A stretch of 32,000 nt of DNA from contig NZ_CP046579.1 of NCBI RefSeq assembly GCF_013365475.1, forward strand, positions 270,001-302,000, in the 5' to 3' direction. A program made the position numbers and the translations under genes. Each line of letters begins with the position of its first letter. Positions within the stretch are counted from its first letter, which is position 1. The DNA is from Candidatus Saccharimonadota bacterium (GTDB lineage Bacteria; Pseudomonadota; Alphaproteobacteria; Rickettsiales; Anaplasmataceae). The notes below the pieces were generated by a model. It saw only the letters and a program-made list of their open reading frames with translations. It ran no database searches and had not been told where the DNA came from. This document shows, piece after piece, positions 1 through 9,021 of this stretch.

Positions 1-1
1 G

Positions 2-601
2 ATGAACATTAACATAAGAAATTTAATCTATGCTTTTTCTAAATTGCCGAGTTTGGGGCCTGCATCATCACGCAGGTTAGTTACATATTTACTTCAAAAT
101 AGAGAAAATGTTATGCTTCCACTTGCCTCATCAATTAAAGATCTAGCAAATCTTATAGTAAAATGTAAAATCTGTGGAAATTTAGATAGTAAATCACCAT
201 GTTCTATTTGTACTGATCCAAAACGTGACAATAAGTTAATGTGTGTAGTGGAGGAGTTAGGTGATCTATGGGCTTTTGAGAAAGGGAATATATATTGTGG
301 TATGTATCATGTTCTAGGTGGTAAATTATCTGCAATAAATGGTATTGGACCAAAAGAACTTAGCCTAAATACTATCCATAAAAGAGTCTTAGAATCCAAG
401 ATTGGAGAGGTTATCATTGCAATAAATCCAACATTGGATGGTCAGATTACGGTGCAATATATAATTAAATTATTGAAAAATTTAGATGTGAAAATATCAC
501 ATCTTGCTTGTGGGATACCAATAGGTGGAGAAATTGACTATCTAGACGAGGGAACACTGAAAGCAGCACTCACTTCAAGAAAAGAATATGAGTTAAATTA
601 A
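2..601 (+). CDS. recR: Recombination protein RecR
   Basis: 199-aa ORF of typical RecR length. It has an N-terminal HhH-like [12 protein letters not shown] and a C4 zinc finger (CKICGN...CSIC). Toprim-like motifs follow ([21 protein letters not shown]), then a C-terminal [12 protein letters not shown]. Confidence 0.95.
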   Translation: MNINIRNLIYAFSKLPSLGPASSRRLVTYLLQNRENVMLPLASSIKDLANLIVKCKICGNLDSKSPCSICTDPKRDNKLMCVVEELGDLWAFEKGNIYCGMYHVLGGKLSAINGIGPKELSLNTIHKRVLESKIGEVIIAINPTLDGQITVQYIIKLLKNLDVKISHLACGIPIGGEIDYLDEGTLKAALTSRKEYELN

Positions 602-603
602 GG

Positions 604-1857
604 GTGAGGATGTGCTTAGGAAAGCTTATATCACTAATAACCTTAAGAAAAAAAGAATTAGTGCAGGTCCAACCACTTAAGGTGGCAGCTTGGGAAAATG
701 ACCTCTTAAACTATAGGGAATTTTCAAGCAAATTCAACACTATAATTAAAACAATTAATCAGTCTTTTACAATAATATCTCTAGAAGGGTACAGTGGATG
801 GGGCAAGACATTTTTTTTAAAAGAATGGGTCAAAGAGTTGAAGCAGCAAGATGAAATAGCGGCTTATTATAGTGCATGGGATATCAATGCATTAGACCAA
901 CCACTATCTTCTTTTTTAAATTTCTTATTTGAGGATTTGTTTGCATCTTACGAAGTAAAAAGAAGTGTTATACAACGACTCAAGAACATAAATCAAGAGC
1001 TATTCTCTTTGAACACACTGGGAAAGTTGATTAATAAGTCTCCGCTTGCTATGCTTTCTATACTGCTTGATGCTACAAAAGAGGCCGATAAAAATGATAT
1101 TGGCACTGTGCTAAGAGAGTTGAGTATTCTGCAAAAAAGCAAAGAAAATACCAAGGATTTTAAAACACAGTTAATGAAGGTGGTTAGCAGAATCAAAAAA
1201 GGTAAAAGCATTTATATAATGGTAGATGACCTTGATATATGTCGTCCTAAGTTTATTGTTGACTTTTTAGAATCTATAAAATATCTTCTTAATATAGAAG
1301 GTCTTATTTTTATTATTTCTGTTAGTAGGGATAGGAGTAATGTATATAGAGCTATCAAAGCAGTACTTGGGCAAAATTTTGACCTTAGCTCTTTTGCTGA
1401 TCTATCCTTTCATTTGTCAAAACAACCGATAAAAAAATTTACACAAGAATTATTTAAAAGTATAAAGTTATCGAAGAAGCTAAAACAGCTTGTCATAAAC
1501 AGTTTTGTATTTTATGCAGAAAGTTTATCCCTCTCGTTAGGGATGATAGAGCACTGTGTAAAAAAAATGGAACTATGTCTTCTGAACTATACAAAGAAAG
1601 AATTGCTTGCGCCTAACTTACTTTCATTTTTACTGATACTACAATCGGTAGATTGTAGCACATATGAGGAGCTAGATTTTTCATATCAGAAAGCATCGGA
1701 GAAAATTAGAAATGAATATAAGCCTATATTTTTGAGCCGTATGAATGGTAAAGAAGAGTGGGAAAAACTTGAAATTTTCCTTGAGGCAGCTTCTTTTGCA
1801 GAAGAAGGGTCAAAGGCAAGCAAAGCTGTAAGACAGATAAGAGATATATTGTTTTGA
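604..1857 (+). CDS. KAP-family P-loop NTPase (soluble variant, no obvious transmembrane insert)
   Basis: 417-aa ORF beginning 2-8 nt after the recR stop (GTG at 604 or ATG at 610). Walker A is GYSGWGKT. The KAP-type post-P-loop signature is YYSAWDINALDQPLSSFLNFL. The Walker B block is IYIMVDDLDICRPKF, followed by LIFIISVSRD. The family call comes from motifs read by eye. Confidence 0.75.
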   Translation: MRMCLGKLISLITLRKKELVQVQPLKVAAWENDLLNYREFSSKFNTIIKTINQSFTIISLEGYSGWGKTFFLKEWVKELKQQDEIAAYYSAWDINALDQPLSSFLNFLFEDLFASYEVKRSVIQRLKNINQELFSLNTLGKLINKSPLAMLSILLDATKEADKNDIGTVLRELSILQKSKENTKDFKTQLMKVVSRIKKGKSIYIMVDDLDICRPKFIVDFLESIKYLLNIEGLIFIISVSRDRSNVYRAIKAVLGQNFDLSSFADLSFHLSKQPIKKFTQELFKSIKLSKKLKQLVINSFVFYAESLSLSLGMIEHCVKKMELCLLNYTKKELLAPNLLSFLLILQSVDCSTYEELDFSYQKASEKIRNEYKPIFLSRMNGKEEWEKLEIFLEAASFAEEGSKASKAVRQIRDILF

Positions 1858-2425
1858 AAACACCTTTTGACCTTTTAGGTATCTTGCTTCTTGAGTAAGA
1901 ATTGATGGGTTTTTCTTGCTTAGTGTTTAAGAAATTTTAGGTCCTAATTCATTTTTTAGAGCTGTTAACACTTCACTTTTTTGTAATTTTATGCATGAAT
2001 AAGGTTCATCTACCTAATAATATACATTTTGTAATGCGAATTAGTATGTTCTATACACTGATACAGTTTCTATCAGAATCCTAGGAAAGTTTGATTTTTA
2101 TTTCTCTTCCCTTTTATGATTATAACCTGTACTCAAATTAAAGAGTAAGAGGTGTTCTTTGAAATTATTTAGAATAATATAACACTAATTCGAAAGCAGT
2201 TTTTTGCAATATCATGCATAAAATAGAGGTTAGCCTTTTCCTTTATATTTGAATTTCTTGTTAAAAAAGTACTTTTTTGTAACGTAACATAAAAACTTGA
2301 GCCTTACGATAGATAGGGCTGTATTTCGCTAGGTTTTTGTATCATCATATTTACCTCTAAGTCTAACGAATATAATCAAGCTAATGAAAATTAATTTCAT
2401 TACAATACTCTAACAGAGTAAATAC

Positions 2426-3667
2426 CTATGCAGCTTCAATGAGCATTACTAATGGGTTCTCCACATAATCTTTAAAGGTATTTAAAAATTTTGCTCCCAT
2501 TGCTCCATCGACTATTCTGTGATCAGCAGAAAGTGTCACTGTCATTATTTCTGCAATTTCTATTTTTTCATTTATAATAACAGGTTGCTTTTTAGATGTG
2601 CCGAAAGCCATGATGCAAGCCTGAGGTGGATTAATGATAGCACTAAAGGATTTTATATTAAACATACCTAAATTAGAAATAGTGAGTCCTTTACCTTGAA
2701 ATTCATCAGGCTTTAATTTTCCAGATCTTGCTCTATTTACTAAGTTTTTCACTTCTTTTGATATGGATAGAATACCTTTTTTATCAGCATTTTTTACTAT
2801 AGGAGTAATGAGCCCATCTTCAAGTGCTACAGCGATTGAGATATCTACATTTGAATATTTTACTATCTTGCTGTCTATCCACGAAGAGTTTATGTTAGGA
2901 AATTTTTTTATGCTAAAAGCTGCAGCTTTAATGATTAAATCATTGATTGTTACCTTATTGTTTTTATCTACTGAGTTAATTTCATTTTTGAGTGATATGA
3001 GATTATCAACTTGACAGTCTACAGTTAAATAAAAATGTGGAATATTCTGCTTAGATTCAATCATACGTTGTGCTATCACCTTACGTATATTACTTACTTC
3101 GATTACAATATCTTCTGGTCTTTTGTATGTTTCAACTTGTGTACTTTTACATAAGAATTCTAGTATATCAGCTTTAATAATCCTTCCATGGGGACCTGTA
3201 CCTTTTAATTGTGTTATGTCAATACCTTCACTTTGAGCTATTTTTTTAGCCAATGGACTTATTTTTACTCTATCTCCTGATACTACTTTGGTATCTTCTT
3301 CTTTTTTAGAGTTAAGTGTTGAGCACTCTGAAATTGAAAGATTGATTTCAATTCCCTTCTTAGCTTTAATATTGTTAGCATAAGCTGAAATATAGTTATC
3401 AAGTGCATTCCCATCTTCTCCTTCTTCCAGCATTACAGCTATTGGTTGGTTTACAGGTACGCTACTTACTCCTTCTGACACTAAAATTTTTGCTAAGACT
3501 CCCTCATCTGCAGATTCAAGCTCCATTATGGCTTTGTCAGTCTCTATTTCAGCAATTACATCACCTACTTCTATTTTGTCTTGCTCTTTCTTATGCCATT
3601 TTACGATTTTTCCTCCAGTTTTACTCATCGTTGGTGAGAGAGCAGGCATTAATATTTCTATGGTCAT
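2426..3667 (-). CDS. pdhC: Dihydrolipoamide acetyltransferase, E2 component of pyruvate dehydrogenase
   Basis: 413-aa ORF. It has an N-terminal lipoyl domain (EIETDKAIMELES) and an E3-binding domain (ISPLAKKIAQSEGIDITQLKGTGPHGRIIKADI). The catalytic domain carries QNIPHFYLTVD and DHRIVDG. Confidence 0.93.
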   Translation of the reverse strand: MTIEILMPALSPTMSKTGGKIVKWHKKEQDKIEVGDVIAEIETDKAIMELESADEGVLAKILVSEGVSSVPVNQPIAVMLEEGEDGNALDNYISAYANNIKAKKGIEINLSISECSTLNSKKEEDTKVVSGDRVKISPLAKKIAQSEGIDITQLKGTGPHGRIIKADILEFLCKSTQVETYKRPEDIVIEVSNIRKVIAQRMIESKQNIPHFYLTVDCQVDNLISLKNEINSVDKNNKVTINDLIIKAAAFSIKKFPNINSSWIDSKIVKYSNVDISIAVALEDGLITPIVKNADKKGILSISKEVKNLVNRARSGKLKPDEFQGKGLTISNLGMFNIKSFSAIINPPQACIMAFGTSKKQPVIINEKIEIAEIMTVTLSADHRIVDGAMGAKFLNTFKDYVENPLVMLIEAA

Positions 3668-3694
3668 TAACTTTATATTTAAAAACCTATTTAA

Positions 3695-3723
3695 TATCTA
3701 ATTTATTCTTCATTTTATGTCAA
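3695..3723 (-). promoter_or_regulatory. Candidate sigma70-type promoter upstream of pdhC (TTGACA-17 nt-TAGATA on the minus strand)
   Basis: The minus strand reads TTGACA (3723-3718), a 17-nt spacer, then TAGATA (3700-3695). This is about 28 nt upstream of the pdhC ATG. It is a motif match only, and such matches are frequent in AT-rich DNA. Confidence 0.3.
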
Positions 3724-6187
3724 TTTAATCTTGAGTTATTGTAAGTAAAAACCTATTATATGTTATAGTAATGTTGTCCAATTTACAGCGTATCTTAATT
3801 CAAAAAGATAGATCTGCTACTAGCATATGGTTTTTATTCTCTATTTCTAGCTTATTTATTAATAATTCTGTTTCAATAAAATTGAACAGAACCAATATGA
3901 AAACAAGATCAGGATTTTATTAGCATGTATGAATTTATCTTTTCGAGCACCTAATACTTAAAGTTATAAAATAGTTTAAATTGGGAAAACTCTATGTTAT
4001 TCATTCAGTGATTAGTTGATCTTAGAAACTAACTCAGAAAAACCGACTGCTTTCTTCATCTTCACTTCCTGTTTTACTTTCTATGCCTCTAATATTACTT
4101 TCATTAATTTTCTCTCTTGTTATGTTTAATAAATTCACATGTTTTAGTATTTGATACTCAGTTGCTACTGTAAGTAGCACAAGACCAATTAAAATCAGGT
4201 ACTTATATGATTGTAAGCCAGTAATTTTAACATTTAGCTACTACTAATTGATTAGTAGTTTTTCTTTTTGAAATATGGAATGCTCTCTTACAAACTACAT
4301 CTTCTTTAATTGGAAAACAGCAGTTAAACTTAAATGTCATATTTATAAATAATTTATTTTAATTAATTATTGAAACGGTAAATGAAAGCATAAATTTTAT
4401 TTATGATAATTGATGGTTAAAATTTATGGTCTTATCAGTTCTTTTCTAGCCTTTTCTACATCAATTTTTTTTAACATATTTATGTTAAGCACTCTAACGA
4501 AAAATCGTTTGTAACTCTGAAGCTATAGTTGTTTGTTGACTTTCCAAGACACTGTTTGCTTTCTCTTTATCGAATTTTTAATGATGTGGTTAATCTTTAT
4601 ATACTAAAACATTTGTTAAAATCCATTTGATTTTCTCATTGCATCTCGCATGCACTAGCACTGCTTCTAAAGCTAGTAATATAGTTTATCGTTTTGTACT
4701 TAATTCTATCATTTTCTATTGTTAGTGTTATTCTTTCTCATAATCTTAAACTCTTTTCATGCATTGTCATTTTCTTTAATTTGTATTTTTAGGACTCATA
4801 GGCTATATATTTTATATTTCCTTCTCTTGTGAGGGTAGTTAATTTCTCACATTCTCCGTTTACCTCAGCTACATTTTTACTATGAGAATAATCCCACCAC
4901 ATTTTGATGTGATTTTTGTTATTGCTTCTTCTCTTCAGTTCTGATCTGAACTAGGTGATCATGATCAGCTTTAGTCTCCTTAACGTAATTTCCTAGTACT
5001 CTTCCTCACACTTCTTTATTTAAATATTGTATTGAATAACTACAGCTACCGTCTGTAATCTTTTCATCCATACTTTTCACTTACTCATTTATAAGCCACT
5101 TTCTAGTCATTTATCAGATAAAGTACCTTTCTATTTCAATTTACACAGTAGCTACATTCTCCCACTTCTTTTTCTGATTTTTACTAAAAAATAAAACATG
5201 CAGTTTTCTTTTAAATGTTATTCTATCTAACTTTATCTTAAAGTTCTATAGAAAGTTGAATACTTTTTTTTTGATTAGAAAGTAATAGAGTTGATTTCAT
5301 TCTTTTGACTTTGAAGGAATAGCATCATATTTAGTATACCTTAACTACAGCTCCATTAGCTTTAATAGTACCATCTTATTTCTTTTCTAAAGAATATACT
5401 CGCCTAGCTTTTGCTTCTAGCTGGAAGGGTAGAGGATTTACTTTTTATATTATATATTATTTCTTTATTTTTTATAGGTAGATTATCTAATTTGCAACTT
5501 CTTTCTTCTACATCACACCCTTCATGTTTTTTCTAGTATCGAAAACGTGGCCATATTTCCTAAGAACTTTGAATTTTTCAAGATTACTTTCTAATGTACC
5601 TCCTACAGTTTATAATAGTTAATACTGATTATTACTACCGATTGTTTTTGTTGCTATTTGCTAGCTTTTGATTCTGTTAAAAGTAAATGGCTCTGTTTGT
5701 AGCCAGATTATTATTAGTATCAAGAATACAGAACCATCTCCTTATTTTTATCACTTGCTTCGTGTAATTTTCTTGGCATCTTCAATACCATTCTGTTTTC
5801 TTAGTACGTTACTTTATGTGCTATCTCTACTACCTCACGCTCTGTTCTAGTGATGACGTGAACTGATTTGCAAAAATTTTTACCTGCACTAAGCCCATAT
5901 ATCAGTACAGAGATATTGCCTTTTCTCTATGCGTTAAAAGTAGTTTGTGGTCCATTTTTGGATAAAACAGAATACTTCTTGACTACATCTGTAGTAGAAA
6001 TCTACTAAGCCTTGTAAGTGTAACAGTAACTTTTTTCATCAAAACATATACTCTAATTTCTGGATAGGTAACCATATCTAATCTTTCATTGTTATTACCT
6101 AAAATTTCTTTTACTAATTACCAACATATATTACTTCAAACCGAGTGTTCTTCTTTATGAAGGATAAAAAATGGTGTCTATAAGAAG

Positions 6188-8548
6188 TTAAGTCTTGCAC
6201 TTTTCATAAAACGCCGGTAGCCATTTGTTGACTTCATCACCTTTTTCACTTATAGCTTCGTACATGTACCTTATAGTTTCTTTATTAGCTGAGAGCACAT
6301 ACGTTTCTTGCATGTTCTTCAAATCTAGATTTAATGTCACTAACCCTTTATGTTGTTTTATTAAGAATAAGCCTTCCTGTGTTGGGGTTTGCAAAATTGT
6401 GTTCAATTCTTCTTTTGATAAAGAAAATACTTTCATGTATAGTCTATTTGCATTAACATTTGGCATCAGAATTCTTGTATCGATATGTTTATCCAAATGT
6501 TGAGTAAATTTGCTAGCGAATGCTAGATTTATATTTTCAGTACTGAAAATTACTACAACATTTAACTTTGTCATTCTTTGCATCCAGTTATCAAATTCTT
6601 CTTCTGTGGAGAAAATGTTGCTTATTTCCCATGCCTCATCCAAAACAAGTATTGTGGGAGAGCCATCACATTTTGTTTCAAAGGAGTATAAAAAATAGTA
6701 AAGTATAACTGACATACATTCTTTTCGTTTTGTGAGGTTTATAGTATTAAGAGATATGATTTTTGTTTCCCAATCGATGTTAGATTCGTTACCATCTTGA
6801 AATAAGTAAGCAAACTCACCATCGCCACACCATTTGCTTATTTTCCCACCAAGAAGTAAAAGCATCTCAGAAATTTGCGAAATAGAACGTGACTCTTTTG
6901 GTATAGAAAATATAGAATATACAATTTTTTTTATCTTTTTTTCTGTATCCACCAAACTTGAGTCATCCACCATTCTCTTGATTAACTCAACCAGCATATT
7001 GTAATTGGAGGCACTATTTTCAATATTTAATGGATTAAATTTTAGACTTTTATCTTTATATCTTTTGTCAATTATGTAGTATTTACCGTTCACTGCTTTA
7101 GTAAAGATTATTGATTTTCCAGTGTTATCTAATATGACAACCCTTGGATCAAATTTTCTCGACTCTGACAGTAAGAAATTAATTAATGAAGTTCTACCAG
7201 AATTTGGTGATCCAAGTATCGTGGTATGGCCATTATTTTTCTTTCCATGGAAATTAAAAAAATAAGGGCTCCCTTTCTCCGAAAAAAAAATCGTTACTGC
7301 TTCTTTCCACCTTCCACCTTTTAATGTACCTGATGTAAAGTCATGTAACATAGCAAAGCTGCAAGCATATTTTACTAATATGCTTTTCGGTTGTGTAATA
7401 AAAGTGAAATTACTAGGAAGTTGTGCCCAGAAATGATTTTCCATGTGCAAGTCAGTTTTGAACATCATCAAACCAATTGATGACATTACGTAGGATAAGC
7501 TTCTAATATTTTCAGATAATTTAGTTCTATTGTCTGCAAAGATTGTGAAGATAATTTTCTGTTGGCAAAAATTGATAGCAGAGGTTTGTTTAAGTTCTAT
7601 TATTTCTTTTATTCCTGAAATGCGAGTTAAGGTACTATCTTTGCTGATTTGAAGCATATCAATTTGATTTTTAAATTCTTTAATTGCTTTCTCATTACTA
7701 GTAAATATTATTATTTCTGTGATGATAAACTCAGAGTCGAGTTGTAAACACCTGTCTATATTCCCCAAAGGGACTTCTCTATATTCCTTGATGCAAAAAA
7801 TAGAGCCAAATTTTTGTTGATTTTCAAATATTGTTTGAAACATGTTAAAACCAAAAGCGATCCTTAAATCTTTAATGTATTGTGACAGATCTATCTCACA
7901 TATTGGGTAGTCTTTATGTGTCAACGTAATGATATAGTGAAGGAATTCTATCATTTCAGAATATACTTTGCCTTCGCTAAATCTAAGACCAAGCTTTTTG
8001 GCTCCGAAAGATTCTAAGTCACTGTGAATTAGGTTAGTCACCTTTTTTAATTTAAAATAACTTTCCCTCAAAAATGACTTATGTTCATTCTTTATTTTCT
8101 TGAGAGAAAATAAATTATTAATATGCTTACCAAAGTCACTGAACACTAGTACAACATATAGCTCGTTTATATATTGCAATTCATTGTCAGTGAGCTTATT
8201 AAACCAAGTTGAATGTAGATTATCAGAAAAGTCTCCAGTTTTATTCCATTTCAAGTGGAATTTATTATGTCTTCTAACAGTATGAATCCAAACAGTAAAA
8301 TATAGACTATTAATATTTTTTGATATGCTTTTTCTAATTTCAGTTCTAAGGTCATTGCGGTTATCAGAAGAGAAATAATCTCCTAATTTAATGATTTTTA
8401 ATAATTCCCCTTGTTTCGTTAGTATTGTCTCTTCGTCATAATGACAAGAATAGGGAATAAAACCTAAATCAATACTTTTTAGTAGCGCTAAATTCAGCTT
8501 ACCTTTTTTCTCAAGCTTATGGTTAATTTTGAGTACTTTAGGTTTCAT
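6188..8548 (-). CDS. virB4: VirB4-family type IV secretion ATPase, divergent paralog (VirB4-II-like)
   Basis: 786-aa ORF with a VirB4-like N-terminus (FIPYSCHYDEETILTKQGELLKIIKL). The P-loop region reads GHTTILGSPNSGRTSL, so Walker A has Arg where Lys is expected. Walker B is PTILVLDEAWE. Length is typical of VirB4. Confidence 0.88.
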   Translation of the reverse strand: MKPKVLKINHKLEKKGKLNLALLKSIDLGFIPYSCHYDEETILTKQGELLKIIKLGDYFSSDNRNDLRTEIRKSISKNINSLYFTVWIHTVRRHNKFHLKWNKTGDFSDNLHSTWFNKLTDNELQYINELYVVLVFSDFGKHINNLFSLKKIKNEHKSFLRESYFKLKKVTNLIHSDLESFGAKKLGLRFSEGKVYSEMIEFLHYIITLTHKDYPICEIDLSQYIKDLRIAFGFNMFQTIFENQQKFGSIFCIKEYREVPLGNIDRCLQLDSEFIITEIIIFTSNEKAIKEFKNQIDMLQISKDSTLTRISGIKEIIELKQTSAINFCQQKIIFTIFADNRTKLSENIRSLSYVMSSIGLMMFKTDLHMENHFWAQLPSNFTFITQPKSILVKYACSFAMLHDFTSGTLKGGRWKEAVTIFFSEKGSPYFFNFHGKKNNGHTTILGSPNSGRTSLINFLLSESRKFDPRVVILDNTGKSIIFTKAVNGKYYIIDKRYKDKSLKFNPLNIENSASNYNMLVELIKRMVDDSSLVDTEKKIKKIVYSIFSIPKESRSISQISEMLLLLGGKISKWCGDGEFAYLFQDGNESNIDWETKIISLNTINLTKRKECMSVILYYFLYSFETKCDGSPTILVLDEAWEISNIFSTEEEFDNWMQRMTKLNVVVIFSTENINLAFASKFTQHLDKHIDTRILMPNVNANRLYMKVFSLSKEELNTILQTPTQEGLFLIKQHKGLVTLNLDLKNMQETYVLSANKETIRYMYEAISEKGDEVNKWLPAFYEKCKT

Positions 8549-8589
8549 ACAGCTGTAAAGATAACTAGAATGGTACGTACAGATAGTAA

Positions 8590-8964
8590 TTAATCCTTTC
8601 CATTTTTATTGTTACCTGGTTGTAAGTTTATGCCTTTTGAAAAGTTGAATTTCTCTTTCAAGTAATCAGATGCTTTTTCTGTCCCACTAAGCATCATGGC
8701 CAACACACCAAATATTATCATAAAAAAGATTAAACCTCTAAACACTATTGCAAATATCACTGCAGTGATACATAATCCTATAACTGTTGAAGGACTTATA
8801 TTCTCTACAGCATTCTTGACTGAGAATGAGAAAATAAAGTTTTTGACTGTTTCCTGTATATCCTTTAATTCATTAACTAATAGACTAGCTTTGCCAGGGC
8901 ATGATACGAAGCTGAAGCTCAATAAAGCTATCAAAAGCAAAACCCTACTCAATTGAATGTGCAC
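8590..8964 (-). CDS. Small membrane protein, VirB2 (T4SS pilin)-like
   Basis: 124-aa ORF with a GTG start, 41 nt upstream of virB4 on the same strand. It has an N-terminal signal-like segment (VLLLIALLSFSFVSC). A long double hydrophobic stretch follows (VIGLCITAVIFAIVF..LIFFMIIFGVLAMML), then a basic/polar tail. The architecture resembles VirB2; the VirB3 motif is absent. The call rests on architecture and context only. Confidence 0.5.
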   Translation of the reverse strand: MHIQLSRVLLLIALLSFSFVSCPGKASLLVNELKDIQETVKNFIFSFSVKNAVENISPSTVIGLCITAVIFAIVFRGLIFFMIIFGVLAMMLSGTEKASDYLKEKFNFSKGINLQPGNNKNGKD

Positions 8965-8992
8965 TAACTAAATGTCTCTTGAATAATTTCTA

Positions 8993-9021
8993 ACTATAAC
9001 AACTTCTACATCAACGAGCAA
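8993..9021 (-). promoter_or_regulatory. Candidate promoter for the virB2-like/virB4 pair (TTGCTC-17 nt-TATAGT on the minus strand)
   Basis: The minus strand reads TTGCTC (9021-9016), a 17-nt spacer, then TATAGT (8998-8993). This is about 29 nt upstream of the GTG at 8964. Motif match only. Confidence 0.3.

Noticed and set aside
2763-3744. Plus-strand ORFs 2763-3014 and 3403-3744. The same type also appears at 993-1211, 6225-6698, 8100-8285, 8696-8956, 10551-10859, 11171-11638, 25185-25415, 26488-27177 and 28802-29086.
   Set aside because: All lie on the opposite strand of strongly supported genes, have no recognisable motifs, and are L/F/S/I-rich. They are antisense shadow ORFs.
3866-3891. 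Inverted repeat TTCTGTTTCAAT-AAA-ATTGAACAGAA, with a look-alike at 18594-18616 (TTTCTG-C-TTCTA/TAGAA-CAGAAA). I considered them as a shared operator or terminator.
   Set aside because: Each has a bulge. The stems are AT-rich and weak, neither has a convincing T-tract, and they are only two loosely similar copies. This is within chance expectation.
4956-4967. Perfect 12-bp palindrome TGATCATGATCA (two GATC sites).
   Set aside because: It is a single occurrence. Dozens of 12-bp palindromes are expected by chance at this base composition, and there is no associated gene or repeat.
4867-5352. Possible degenerate repeats of about 280-300 bp. AGCTACATT...CCCAC occurs at 4867 and 5150, and TAACTACAGCT occurs at 5037 and 5342. 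A similar case is GAGCTA(T/C)AG..AATTTTC at about 15008 and about 16902.
   Set aside because: The shared words are only 9-11 nt and the flanks do not align convincingly. Many such coincidences are expected in 32 kb of about 29% G+C DNA. A dot-plot would be needed. I saw no clear tandem repeat anywhere in the window.
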